A stretch of 64,000 nucleotides of DNA, from positions 96,906,001 through 96,970,000 of the forward strand of contig OX597816.1 of the NCBI GenBank assembly GCA_951406725.2. The letters run 5' to 3'. The notes below the pieces were generated by a model that did no database searches, had not been told where the DNA came from, and saw only the letters and a list, made by a program, of their open reading frames with translations. This DNA is from Octopus vulgaris. Lineage: Eukaryota. The stretch's first letter is position 1, and every line of letters starts with the position of its first letter. Below, in pieces: positions 1 to 13,290 of the stretch. The position numbers were made by a program, and so were the translations under genes.

Positions 1-492
1 ACTTGACTGATGCAAGTAAAACAATAAAAGAAGTATGCCATTTCAATCCCGAGCAATCTTATTTGGGGCAGCATATAAGATTTTGTTGTGAAAATTTATC
101 TGCAATAAATTGCCCATACTTCTACAATACCCAAAATATTTTGTTTTCTATAAAATTCATAATAATATTTAATTTTAGGAATACAACAGGATATCATATA
201 CATCAAATGAAGGCCCAGTAGAGTAAAATAGGAATCACAGGGGTTCATAGGCAAAAAATGGATGAGAATCACTGCTTTAAAACATAAATACAAGACCTCA
301 AATTTGGGGAAAATGTAGTGTCAGATATACTGATCCCTAGCTCTTGACTGGCAATTCTATGTATTTCGATCTCGAGGAAACGCAACGTTGAACTCAGCGA
401 CATGTAAGGGAAAACTAAATACTGCAATACACTGTTCGCAGCTCACATTTTTGTTCCTATCTACTTTTGTCATCAACCGCTCTTAAAATTAT

Positions 493-655
493 TTCTACTC
501 TTGGTACAATAGCCGAAATTTTGTCAAAAAGGGCCAGATGATTACATCAACTCCAGTGCTCGACATAAAACGTCAATGTCGACTTTGCCGAGATTTGAAC
601 TCAGAACGTGCAACCATTTTTCCCAGCGTGCTAGCAATTCTGCCAGCTCGCCTCT
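493..655 (-). mobile_element. Degenerate tRNA-derived SINE (Meta-domain-like family)
   Basis: Contains gtcgactttgccgagatttgaactcagaacgt and tctgccagctcgcc, matching the better-preserved copy at 11975-12204. Confidence 0.7.
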
Positions 656-3399
656 TTCTGCCGCTCTTAAAATAAATTACAATTTCTAGCCTTGGAACAA
701 ATCGCACATTTTGCAAATATGTAGAGGATTAAACGATTCCAGTATTTGACTAGTATTGATTGAATCGAACCAAGAAAGATTAAAGTTTTAGTCCACTCTA
801 GCAGAATGTTAACTCAGAAGGTATTAGGATATAAGTAAGGTTTCGAAATATTTTGTTGGATTTTTATGGATTTTGTCACAATGATTTCTTTCATCAGCTC
901 AACTACAGATTTAATAGGGAAAGTATTGTGTAGTCGGAACTGATTCTGATATATGACTTGTAAGTATTTTAATCAATAACGTGTGACATTTGCACTCTGA
1001 ATACAATTTGCAAAATATTCATTTCAGTTCTCTACTGTTTAGGGTAAACCCATTTTACAGTTGTGCTCTACTGCTGTTTCGCTATTACATCCGAAATATT
1101 TTACTGATATCTCGGTGATATTGTAGCATAATTTAAATATTTTGGTGATAAATCAGTTTCTATTGAATAGTACTCTGCCGTTACCTCAATCATATACGAG
1201 TATAAGTTAAAGAATTTCATAGAATATTTTAGTTGCCCTCCCATATCAATATTCGTGTTATCAAAGCGAAAATCTTATGACATCTAAGTACCAAACAAAC
1301 AGTACAATCTTCTGCATAGCTACTACAAATTTACTTATATCGAACCAAGTTCTGGATCTTGCTTCGATTGATTTATGTCTGTCTTTCAAATTTAGCCGGA
1401 TGACAAATATAGCAAGCACAATTTCTTGTTGACCTTTGCACTTGTTTCATCAACGAGGTTGATGATCAGTTAAAACTTCTGTCGGAAGAGTATCCGTGAA
1501 ATTTTACTATTCTGATTAAGAATGATTGGGAAAATTGTTTAGTGAGAGATTTAGTGACTTGAGATAGATACAATAGGCAAGGTGAGAATATTGGCAAAGA
1601 GAGAAAGAGTAAACATAAATATGTTTTTCTTAGTTTGAAGATCTATTACATTGGTGAAAGAAACTTCAAGATCAATAGGATCCTCATTTTACAGATGGAT
1701 TCTGGTATATTTGTTTGCATAATATCTGCAGCATTATAGCTTTATGAGAATACCTCAGTGAGTACTCCATGTCTGAAAGTTGAAGGTCAGCAACTACCCA
1801 GAGATGACGTATTTTCTGACCACGATCTACGAGTTGAAGTTTTGTCAATATTATATAAATTCACAGTAAGCATCATCACAGATGATAAAGCCTGCATAGA
1901 AAAAAAACCCTCCTGTGTGAGCTGTGGATAAATAGCTTTATCGGCTGGAATGCTACCTACAGAACTATCATGGTGGAAAAGTAGTGCATATAGTTAGTTT
2001 GAAAAGCTAGTGGCTACTATATTTGGAAAGATTAGAAGACATTACGCCAATCTAGAATGTGAAAGAGCTGGCATATTCTGCGGTTGCCGAAGGCAATTTT
2101 TGCAGGTTTTACCGTTATGCTTAAGCATATCCTAGTTGTAGATATTGTGCAATGTTCTTCACTTGTACTACTGCAGCATGGATGCCAGGAAACTACTTGG
2201 GAATTGTGTTCTTGTATAAAGACTATGAAAGAAGATAGAGAGGAATATGATATCAATCATCTACTTAGCTTTCTCTGATGAGTCAGAGACGAAAGAAATT
2301 TACTCTTAGGTGAGCGTAATGTAGAATTGTTATAGTTCCAACCAGTTTGCGGAGTAGTAGTAAATTCTGAAGGAGGGATTGTTAGACAGTAGAATGATGT
2401 GAGATGAGGCGCTTTGATTATGTAGAGTCGTCAAACCGATGGGCGTAGAACATATGACAGCTAAAAAAAGTCGGGTTTAGTAGATGTGCCTGGAAAAATG
2501 ATGATATTTATAGAGGGTCTCAATAAAAGCAAGAGTTTTCTTTCCCTTCTTACGTTCCTTTTTTCTAAAGAATATTCCGAGCAAAAAATATTTACAAAGC
2601 TGTAGAATCTTAATTATGGAACTGAAAATTTGAATTTAATATGACCACAAAAATTACTGTTGTTCCAAGTCGAAAGCCGAGTACGCTTATGATTAGACAT
2701 CCTGTGTGACCATCCTACCTGATATTCAGCCATTATGTATTTAGAATTTTAATATTCCATAAAGTTTCTCTTATTTTAAAATGATAGATTGTAATTTAGA
2801 GGAATCTGTCTCATATTTCTTGCAGGCTGAACATTTTACAAGCCAGTGAAATCTTTCCCCAACAAATAATAATGTCAGATAAAAAGGATTCCAGCTTCAT
2901 TTGGAAATAGTTTCAAGAAAGTAAAATGTTAATGACCTGACATTAAACTCCACTTTCAGTGTACATTATGTCAGTCTGGATATTGATAATCCTATTACCA
3001 CAGCTATAGAGATAGAGAACTTACTTTAAGGGAGTCTATACATGTCTTGCCACATCATAACATAAATCTATATAATAGTATATGCTAAGGAAATGTCATT
3101 GTTATCTGATATATTATACATAGCCATAACATATTGTATTACAGAGAAATATAATGCGCTATCGTTAGACATTTCTTCACATTCAGTTTAATTAGATGTT
3201 GATAATTTATGAAATACCGAAAATTTGAGGGAATTTTATCTATCTTACAGACAAAATCTTTAAATCAAAATTCTTTAAATAATTCCCAGCAATATCCTGT
3301 ATTTAACGTTCTTACAGGATATATTGTTGTGTTCAAGTTGTTTGAGATATTATTGCTTAATATAAATATACTAAGTGTAGAGCAAAACTCCTGGCCAAT

Positions 3400-4450
3400 T
3401 GTATTTTATTACAGAGGCAGTCGAAAGTGAAAAACTACAAGGTAACTCAGGGCAAAGTTCTCCGGCGTATGCAACACGTTAGGAAACTAGGTTGTGTTAC
3501 TGACCAGGAAAATGAAATTAATGTGATAAGAATATGTAGTCCTTTATGACTGTCTCTCTTATTAGCATTAAAGGGTAGAAATGCGTATGATGTGTCTTTT
3601 TGAAATTTCTTGTTTTATTTGGAGGAAAGAACTGTGTCAATGGCCTTTCAGATATATATGGTCAATGTAGTTGATTTTCGTGAACAATTGCAAGTTGATT
3701 ATCGCAAGCAGGCATTAAGAATATGCTAGGATTGAAAATAGTGGTTAGTGCAGACCCTAGGGGATCAGAGACATTATGAGTGATGAGAGAACGAGAGAAT
3801 AGCAAGCTGAGTTATTTTGGATGATTGTAGTATGAGACAAACTATGTGAAAGAATCTGAAGGCTCTGGGTAGAGTGGAGAGGAGGATAGTTGGTAAGTTC
3901 GTAGTACTGGTTCTTCTAAGGCTAATGACTTATAATCATGTCTATTTTATCAGTTGAACTAATATTCTTTTTAGAAAGAAGATTTTGGCAAGGACAAAAA
4001 CCAACGTGGTAGCATAATTTAAAATCAACTTGTAATTAAAACCAGCGCAACCTGAAGTGAGCGCAAGTTTTAATAATTATCAACTATGTGAAAATAGCGA
4101 CGAAGTGGATTTGTTTCAGATGTTTTAAGCAAATAGAAATTGAAGACAGACAGTAGCAACTAAGATACAAATATCTGCTTGCAGAGATGTCTTGTTTAAA
4201 AGAATGTGCTGGAGGATTGTGTAAAATTTCAGGAGATTCTTTCGGAAAGCATCAGAATGCTCGGCTGTGGTAATGAAAGAGAAGAGAACGTTTAGGGTGT
4301 GTAATACAGTGAAAACGTCTTAAGCTTCTAAATAAATTACAATGGGTTTACAGTAGATTTAGATAGTTCTTCTACGTTTCCAAAGAATGTGAGAAAATCT
4401 GTAGGAATTCTTTGACGCTGCAGGCAAGGCTATCAACACTGTTGATAAGA
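3400..4450 (-). mobile_element. Heavily decayed LINE reverse-transcriptase remnant (CR1/L2/Jockey-type)
   Basis: Minus-strand fragments resemble NYRPISLLSTL (~3865-3908, reads NLPTILLSTLPRAF) and GVPQGSVL (~3740-3770, reads SDPLGSALTTIF). No intact ORF. Confidence 0.35.
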
Positions 4451-4647
4451 AAAGTCGCTTTTCTTGGATTAGAAATGGATTAATAAACAACTATCTAACT
4501 GAAGTAGCATATTAGTCTATCGTAATGTAGGTACACCATACCAGCCCACCATACCACACCACACTATACCACACCACACAACTCCACACCACACCGCACC
4601 ACACACACACATGTAAATCTAAACGCGCGCGCACACACACATCCCTA

Positions 4648-5052
4648 TCTTTTATCGTTTACTTTTTCATGTTAGGACACTGCCTTGAAGGGTTTAGTCG
4701 ACAAATCGACCCCAGTAATTTTTCTAAACCTACTACTTATCCAATCCGTCGCTTTTTGCCGAATTGCTAAGTCACGACGACGTAAAGGAAGCAATACAGG
4801 TTGTAAAGTGGTGTTGAGAGGCAAACTCAAAGACACTCACATACATACATACATACATACATACATACATACATACATACATACATACATACATACATAC
4901 ATACATGCATGCATGCATACATACATACATACATACATACAAACATACGACGGGTTTCTGTCAGTTTTCCTATACCAAATTCTCTCACAAAGCTTTGGAT
5001 TTCCCGGGGCTTTAGAAGACACTTGGTTAAGGTACCACGCAATAGGACTGAT
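4648..5052 (-). mobile_element. SINE (CORE-like) with internal (TACA)n
   Basis: gaagacacttggttaaggtaccacgcaataggactga is the reverse complement of a CORE-like segment plus tRNA B-box flank. gtcgacaaatcgaccccagta segment present. Partial relative at ~16355-16510. Confidence 0.55.
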
Positions 5053-5094
5053 ATATAATATATATAATGTATTCATCTATATAGATATATTTAG

Positions 5095-5355
5095 GGGCCT
5101 GTAGAAAACCCGTTAAAATACCTTTGTCATCCATATGAAGCGGCTGAGAAATAGAATTACTGGGACAAAATGTGTCCTATCTCAAACAACTAAGCGGTTA
5201 ACATGCTCGTCAACAGACATCTTTCTCTGTCAGAAAAATAGCTGTCACCGATACCAATTGTTATTCTAATTTCTGTGATGTTAATCGATTTTCAAAAGAC
5301 ATTCAAAAACAACCACATGCTGCCATAAAATAGGATAGTAAAATTGTAAACAACC
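5095..5355. repeat. Dispersed ~260-bp repeat, copy 1 (copy 2 at ~7350-7610)
   Basis: Shared blocks agaattactggg.caaaa..cctatct.aaac and tgtgatgttaat.gattttcaaaaga, in the same order in both copies. Confidence 0.65.
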
Positions 5356-5789
5356 GCTGACATCATCGCTACCATCAATACCATCATCACTCGCCATTCT
5401 TACATTCCCTATCTCTATGTGAAAGAAACACAAATATACATGTATGTATTCAAGTCTTAAAATGTTAGATACATATATTCAAGTATGTCATACACGTCTT
5501 AAAATCAATTTAAAACCGCAGATTGAAAAGAAATTTTCCAATTTCTCTAAAATATCATCTGATAATCGACCAGTTTTGAAGAGAGCGAAGGAAAAGCAAC
5601 CCATCTTAACGTTAAAAGCTATTGACAATCGGTGGAGGCTTAATCAAAACATGTGAGACTCTACTTGTCGCTATACAGCTAGTATCACATTGAAAGAGCA
5701 TCGTTGATGTACACAAATTGCTTACAGTAATGAAATAACTCAACATAAACAATGTAGGTGAGTATCCAAATAGAAGAAAACATCTTGTC

Positions 5790-5985
5790 TACTATAGGCA
5801 CAAGGCCCGAAATTTTGGAGTGGGAGGGCTTTTAGCCGATCATATTGACGAGTGTTCAACCTTTACTTATTTTATCAACATCGGAAGGACGGAAGACGAA
5901 GTTAGCCTGGCAGAATTTGAACTCAGAATAAATTACGATAAACATTTTGCCCGGTGTGCTAACGATTCTGCCAACTCACCGCTTT
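5790..5985 (-). mobile_element. Degenerate Meta-like tRNA SINE
   Basis: tctactataggcacaaggcccgaaattt ... gaatttgaactcagaa ... tttgcccggtgtgctaacgattctgccaactcacc. Confidence 0.7.
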
Positions 5986-6288
5986 GAACTAGAAGAAAAT
6001 ATCAACATCGTGCGCAGCAGAAACGGCGGCCATCTAGATAATGTCGCATGGATAAGGCCAATAATATTTCACTTTGAACCAACAATAACTCACGGAAAAG
6101 AAAACTGTCTAAAACAATAGAGATTTTATGATCCAACCGGATGCGGTGGAATTAATTTGAACAAACTGGAGTCGTTGAATAAGAAACCATGTCAGAGAAA
6201 GTATTATTCTAAAGAACCAGTATCAACCATAATTCCAGTCCACATGCTCTAAACCGGTGGCTGAAAGAAAACTGCACACATTACATTA

Positions 6289-6480
<192 letters not shown>

Positions 6481-7102
6481 TCATAATGATTGCTCCGTCG
6501 TCACAGATGATTACCATCTCCATGTGCTTCTTCTTGACAGTAGCATTTCTGACTTTTTGCCCAAGACCTCTCAGATGACTATTCAGTCCTTAGCAGATCT
6601 GCATCGCTTAAAGCATAAGTGACAGACGAAAGTTGTAACTTACTGTGCACTTACAACAGTAAGTCTTCCATCGCACCATAAAGAGACACCTGTACGCCAT
6701 TGGAATATTGTGATAAACGTTTACACAACACAAGTACCACTCTCTGAATTTCGCTGATTAGTACCTAATGATATGCCGAAACGAGATGACCAGTAACCAC
6801 GTAAAACCGCAAGACAGTGTCCCTCTTCTACAGAGATGGTGTGACAGCAGTTGAGGATCCTTACTCGAAGTGACTTGACTGCACGCCCTGAGACTAACCA
6901 GGGTATTTCGGTAACCCCGTGCTCAGATGGATAATCATCACATATGCTACTGATCCCAGGAACTCTGACAGGTGCAACTACTCCGGGTCAAAGTAGATCA
7001 GGGAACAGCAGTGACAAAACATTGGTTCCACACTCCTCAAAATTCTGGAACTCGCCAACCAGAGCGCCACTAACAGATGCAGTTTAAAGCCATGTTCTGG
7101 AC

Positions 7103-7333
7103 GTACATACATGCATACACACATACATACATACATACATATATACATACATACATACATACATACATACATACATACATACATACATACATACATACAT
7201 ACATACATACATACATACATACATACATACATACATACATACACACACATATGTACGTACGTACGTACATACATACATACATACATACATACATACATAC
7301 ATACATACATGCATACATACATACATACATACA
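7103..7333. repeat. (TACA)n microsatellite
   Basis: Direct reading. It is the source of the MYVC/HTYI pseudo-ORFs. Confidence 0.98.
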
Positions 7334-8299
7334 TTCGTATGAGATTTATTCTCGTGTTAGTAAGAAAACCGTGAATGTCCTTTTATCGACAATATGAAAC
7401 AGCTAAAGAATTACTGGGGCAAAACCTACCCTATCTTAAACCATTTAGAGCTAAACGGCTCCAACTATTGGTATCTTTCATTGTCCCAAAAAAAAAATAA
7501 CTGTCTCAGATTGTAGTTGTTATTTATAACTCTTGTGATGTTAATTGATTTTCAAAAGATATCTCCAAACAACTGTTTGCTGCCATAGAACGGAAAGAGA
7601 AAAATTGTTAAAAAAAATGTAATAAATAAATAGAATAATAAATAAATTAATAAATAAATTAATAAGCTTCCTCTCAGGAAGATTTAAAATCGTTTTTGTC
7701 AAAGATCATGATGAAAGAAAATTATTCCAACCATAATGCATCATGGCTGAACAAGTCAGTAATAGTGAACTAAGAGAAATTGTAAAACCCCAAACACTCT
7801 GAAAGCTAGTCAGACCGGGAGACAAGTGAATAGTGGGAAACAGCATAACGGGCTACTGGACAAAGCAATGCAGAGGAGATATCATACTTTTATTGATAAC
7901 AAATCATAGCATACATAAATATTGGACTCTTTGATTCGTGGGGACCTTCAGGTAACTTTTCTTTTTGATTGCTTAGATAACCTCATTTGATCAAACCTTT
8001 TATCCTCAGTCAATATTAACCATGCTTCTGTACATGTATGTGCAGGCATAAAACCTATTTTTTTATGAAGATAGGAGTGGTGAAAGACTATAGCACTTAG
8101 TCAAGCATGCAAGTTTTCTATTCTATGACATCCAACGGATAATTATCCAAGAGGAAAGCCGCTGCCGACTTGAATCCGATACAATTTGGTACCAATGTTG
8201 TGACAGGCTTCCTGTCAGATGTCAAAGAGCTAGAACAATTATGTATTTTTAACTGTATGGGCTTTGAGGATGGTTACTATAACGATAAAGTGTCTGCAA

Positions 8300-8755
8300 A
8301 ATATTCAGAAGAGTAATGACTTAGGTAACTTAGATATGTTGGCCCAGGCCATGTCTAACTTCATAGCACCGCCTGATAGGATCTGCTAAGTCATGTTTAG
8401 ATCAAGTTTTGTGCTATCATGACCCATTCCAATTGTTAGTTGTTGTTGACTAAGATGTATCTAGGTATAGGTAATCTTATCTGGTATCCGTTGAAGGAAT
8501 TCGTGCAAGTTTCGCTTGAAGGTGATGGGATATTTTCTTCTCTGATTTGTATTGGGATAATGTTAAACAAAGCAGGGCTTTTTGAAGAAAAGAAATTTAG
8601 TTCCAGTAGATTTATGTATTGTGATCCTGAATTGTGTAAGGGGCGTATGGCACGTGGTCCCAGCCTTGGATGAATTTTGGACCTAATATTAAGGTCATTC
8701 GGGTAATACTGATGGTATATTCTCCACATTGGGCAAATGTAGCGCTCACAGTGGT
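8300..8755 (-). mobile_element. 3' fragment of a CR1/Zenon-like LINE
   Basis: ORF 8436-8804 contains ERY..MW.I....PND...R.G and P.LFN.IP..IR motifs, typical of the post-RT C-terminus of CR1-like ORF2. Confidence 0.65.
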
Positions 8756-8797
8756 GATATATATACATACATACATACATACATATATATATATATA

Positions 8798-9381
8798 TTC
8801 GCAATAATAAATCTCTGAACGAGGTATAGACAGTAACTGCACGACAATGTGAAGTATATTTGCCATCTAAATATGGCTAACCACTAAGGATGGATCTTAC
8901 TGTAGCTTGTAGCCCCAGGAGAACATCTTCTCCAGCTGGCTAATTGGCACACTTTCTGTGCCCTATCAGTATTTGTAAAGGGAGGTCATCCTTCCCTCGT
9001 CAACCTTAGTGATACGTACGGACTGCAGTTTCAGGGTATTGACCCGTCATCAGCGCACGACAATCACCGGTTTTCCATGGAAGGGTCCCAATGCAAATAT
9101 TTATATCCTTTTTCCAGTGACTTTTCGTCACTGATCTTGAAAAAGTGTATACAAGCAAAAGGATATAAATATTTGCATTGGGACGGGTCAATACCCAGAA
9201 ACTGCAGTCCGTACGTATGACTTAGGTTGACGAGGGAAAGATGACCTCCCTTTGCAAATACTGAAAGGGCACAGAAAGTGTGCCGATAGCCAGCTGGAGA
9301 AGATGTTCTCCTGGGGCTACAAGCTACAGTAACATCCACCCTTAGTGGTTAGCCATATTTAGATGTCAAATATACTTCACA
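8798..9381. mobile_element. Non-autonomous Penelope-like foldback element (~200-bp inverted arms 8848-9048 and 9182-9381, central hairpin, one-sided tail)
   Basis: Arms are reverse complements with scattered mismatches. Central 27-bp stem at 9086-9112/9157-9183. Flanked by (TA)n. Hammerhead in the left arm. Confidence 0.8.
9016..9058 (-). ncRNA. Minimal type-I hammerhead ribozyme
   Basis: Minus strand: GUGCG CUGAUGA c GGGU caau ACCC u GAAAC ugca GUC CGUAC. Core intact, stem I 5 bp, stem II 4 bp, palindromic stem III (CUGCAG), GUC cleavage triplet. Confidence 0.85.
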
Positions 9382-9397
9382 CATATATATATATAGT

Positions 9398-9722
9398 GAA
9401 GGAGCATGGCTCAGTGGTTAGAGCGCCGAACTTACGATCTTGTGGTTGTGAGTTCGATTCCCGGACCGGGCTGTGTGTTGTGTTCTTGAGCAGGACACTT
9501 TATTTCACGTTGCTCCAGTTAACTCAAATGTAGAAATGAGTTGCGACATCACTGGTGCCAAGCTGCATCGGTAATTGCCTTTCACTTGTATAACGTCTGA
9601 GGTGTGGAGAGGGGAGGCTGGTATGCATGGCCATCTATAAATAACCTTGCCCGGACTTGTGCCTCGGAGAGTAACTTTCTAGGTGCAATCCCATGGTCAT
9701 TCATGACCGAAAGGGGTCTCCT
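9398..9722 (+). mobile_element. tRNA-derived CORE-type SINE
   Basis: A-box tggctcagtgg, B-box gttcgattcc, CORE-like tgtgttcttgagcaggacacttta, and a (TA)n tail. Confidence 0.85.
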
Positions 9723-9789
9723 CAATATATACATATACATATATATATATATATATGTGAGTGTGTATAAATATATATGTGTGTGTATG

Positions 9790-9811
<22 letters not shown>

Positions 9812-9821
<10 letters not shown>

Positions 9822-10220
9822 TATTAGAGACAAAACCACTATTTTGCAAAACAAACAAGGAAAGACTTAATCAATACATAAAATTTTAATAAATAGTCAA
9901 AAAAACCGCCACTACAATTGTTTCTTGTCTTGATCGACAATCTTCAGGTGGACTTCCAATAAGTCAGTTTCAAATTATGAAGTCATAATTTGAAACTGAC
10001 TTATTGGAAGTCCACCTGAGATTGTCGATCAAGACAAGAAACAATTGTAGTGGCGTTTTTTTGATAATTAAAATTTTATGTATTGATTAAGTCTTTCCTT
10101 GTTTGTTTTGCAAAATAGTGGTTTTGTCTCTAATAATATTTTATAATATTTTACTATAAAATTGGATTTAATCCTAAATCTGATTTTTTCCCTGTAAATT
10201 TGGATTTATTCCCTAATATT

Positions 10221-10225
<5 letters not shown>
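9812..10225. mobile_element. Penelope-like palindromic mini-element (arms 9812-9980 and 9983-10145, ~80-nt one-sided tail)
   Basis: Near-perfect palindrome with a 2-nt centre (tga-ag-tca). Flanked by (TA)n on both sides. Hammerhead in each arm. Confidence 0.85.
9909..9951 (-). ncRNA. Minimal type-I hammerhead ribozyme (intact)
   Basis: Minus strand: CCAC CUGAAGA UUGUC gaucaa GACAA GAAAC aauu GUA GUGG. The mirror copy at 10012-10053 (+) lacks one core A (CUGAGA). Confidence 0.88.
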
Positions 10226-10280
<55 letters not shown>

Positions 10281-11287
10281 GTATATATATGTATATGTGT
10301 GTATATATATATATCACATGTATATATGTGTATATATATTATATTTATAATTTAATGAGTCGAATAATTGAAATATTTATCGTCGAAATAGACGAGGTTC
10401 ATATTCATGTTAATCTTTTAGCTACATGCAATGTGCACGTGTTGTTTTCTGAAATATAATTCAGCAGAAAATCTTCGAATTGATTTACAAGTTATTTTCA
10501 CAATACTACAATTCATTTTTTTTTCCTGGTGTATTTTTTAAAGAGAACAGTAGAAATTCTTGGCTTTTAATTGCATCTTTTGTCCCAGAAACAAGTGTGT
10601 GCTTAAGATATGTTAGGTTTTAATGGTTTCAGTCTTCAGATTGGTCATGCTGCGATGCTGTCTTGTTAGAGTCAATTATATCAAGCCCATTTCGATCGGT
10701 AGAAGAAAATGGAACCCAGCAATATTGATTTCAAACATAAAGATAAGCCCTGCCAGAACCAATAGAAAAGGTCAACGAAGTATCATCCATACGGATGCGT
10801 TTGGAGAGAAGTATAGATCGACAAAATAAATATATATATACACATACATGCATATAAAGATACAGACATATATGTAGAAATGTACAAATATATAATATGC
10901 ATGTAACTGCATACAAAAACAGATTCTTTTACACATTTGTGTGTATAAAAGATGGAAAGTAGTGTGTTTGTGTGCAACTCTATACATAGATAAGTGCATG
11001 TATACTAAGGAATATATAAATATTAAAAACATACAGCAAGATACACACACACACACATTAACGAGTTTCAGATTTTTCTCACAGGCGCAGGAAAGGTGAG
11101 CACATACAATTATTATAATTTCCGATTGTATTTCTATATTTTGAATAACTCAGTAGGAGGCAATCAAACTACAAATAGAGGGTGGGTGTAGCAGTCAAGG
11201 AGAACGCATGAGTTAGTCTATAATGCATCCATATCACACCACACAGACACAGACACAGACAGACACACACACACAGACAGACAGACA

Positions 11288-11346
<59 letters not shown>

Positions 11347-11440
11347 TCACTCACACACACACAGAATAGGTAGATTGATGGATAAATGGATATAACTATG
11401 TGTGTGGGTGTATATATACATACATATATATATGTATATA

Positions 11441-11503
<63 letters not shown>

Positions 11504-11573
11504 ATGTTTGTATATGTATGCATGTATGTATTTGTGCATGTATGTATGAGAGAGTGAATGAGTGTGTGTATGG

Positions 11574-11655
<82 letters not shown>

Positions 11656-11680
11656 CAGATAGATAGATAGATGGATAGAC
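11574..11680. repeat. (GATA)n microsatellite within a compound CA/TA/GATA block (11240-11975)
   Basis: Direct reading. Confidence 0.97.
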
Positions 11681-11892
11681 AGATAAATAGAGAGGTGGAG
11701 AGAACCTGGATACAGTGAACAGTACCCACAGCGTCTAGCTTCAGACAAATATGTGAAGAGATTCATTTGTAACTGAATATTCAGACGTGGTATATGTGTT
11801 ACTATAACCATCTCATCTCTCCCCAGCATACGTAGAAGCATATGATACACATAGATTTCATGTGTACGTGTGTGTGTATAATTATATATATG

Positions 11893-11923
<31 letters not shown>

Positions 11924-11942
11924 ATATATGTATATGTATATG

Positions 11943-11974
<32 letters not shown>

Positions 11975-11977
<3 letters not shown>

Positions 11978-12253
11978 CTTTACTACCCACAAGGGGCTAA
12001 ACACAGAGGGGACAAACAAGGACAGACAAAGGGATTAAGTCGATTCCATCGACCCCAGTGCGTAACTGGTACTTAATTTATCGACCCCGAAAGGATGAAA
12101 GGCAAAGTCGACCTCGGCGGAATTTGAACTCAGAACGTGACGGCAGACGAAATACGGCTTCGCATTTCGCCCGGCGTGCTAACGTTTCTGCCAGCTCGCC
12201 GCCATGTCTGCCAGCTCGCCGCCATTCTGCCAGCTCGCCGCCATTCTGCCAGC
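11975..12253 (-). mobile_element. Full-length tRNA-derived SINE with Meta-domain-like core and reiterated 5' end
   Basis: Minus strand starts GGCGGCGAGCTGGCAGAAACGTTAGCAC, has B-box GAGTTCAAATTCC and core GGTCGACTTTGCCTTTCATCCTTTCGGGGTCGATAAATTAAGTACCAG, and ends AAAGAAA(TA)n. Confidence 0.9.
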
Positions 12254-12420
12254 TGTATATATACATACACACTCTCAAACATAAGCAAACACACACAGAC
12301 ACCACCTCTTCGTCTCTCTCTGTCTATATGTCTATGGAGCATGTATGTCTGTGTATGTATGTATGTATGTGTGTATGTATGTATATATGTATGTATGTAT
12401 GTTTGCGTGTGTATGTTTGT

Positions 12421-12451
<31 letters not shown>

Positions 12452-12897
12452 AATATACATATTCAGTTGGTTTTCTTTTTTGTTGATAATTTGATCTTTT
12501 AATGTTTTTTCTTCCTTTTCTTCTTGTAAAAATATGTTGTTAATAAAAATCTATTCACATTAAAAGGAAAAAAAAAGTTTGCAGAAACTGGCTTCATATA
12601 TTCAATCTGCGCTCGTAAAATTATCCCCTGAACGAAACTATTGGTTGTACTGCTGGAAATAACAGCTAAATAAAGCTTCCGTCATCTACTCGCTTCTTGA
12701 AAATATGGAAGAAAACCTGAAACAATATAGTCCAAGAAGATATTTGAAAAAAAAAAAACGGGATGGTCATGGCTGGAATGCTTATAATCAAATGTCTGTT
12801 CAATTCAAAGATAACCTGAGCCACTAAACAATTGGAACTTCACGACGACGACGACCATTAAAAATGACTTAATCCAGTTCAACGTATGTCCTTTAAG

Positions 12898-13290
12898 AGA
12901 GCTGGCTCAAACGTTAGCGCGCCGGGCGAAATGCTTAGCGGTATTTCATCTGCCGTTACGTTCTGAGTTCAAATTCCGCCGAGGTCGACTTTGCCTTTCA
13001 TCCTTTCGGGGTCGATTAAATAAGTACTAGTTACGCACTGGGGTCGATATAATCGACTTAATCCGTTTGTCTGCCATTGTTTGTCCTCTCTGTGTTTAGC
13101 CCCTTGTGGGTAGTAAAGAAATATGTATTTCGCCTGCTGCTGTTACGTACGTTCTGAGTTCAAATTCCGCCGAGGTCGACTTTGTCTTTCATCCTTTCGG
13201 GGTCAATAAATTAAGTACCAGTTTTGCACTGAGTCGATGTAATCCCCCTCCCTCAAAATTTCGGGCCTTATGCCTAGAGTAGACAAGAAA
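12898..13290 (+). mobile_element. Two tandem copies of the same Meta-like SINE (12898-13122 near full length; 13127-13290 headless, different tail)
   Basis: ctgagttcaaattccgccgaggtcgactttg..tttcatcctttcggggtc occurs twice. Confidence 0.88.

Noticed and set aside
2270-2296. CUGAUGA-GUC-aga-GAC-GAAA hammerhead core on the + strand
   Set aside because: Core and stem II are present, but I could not build stem I or a proper stem III with a cleavage triplet. It is probably chance or a decayed copy.
9398-9470. Functional tRNA gene
   Set aside because: The anticodon and acceptor stems do not pair, and the sequence continues into a SINE body.
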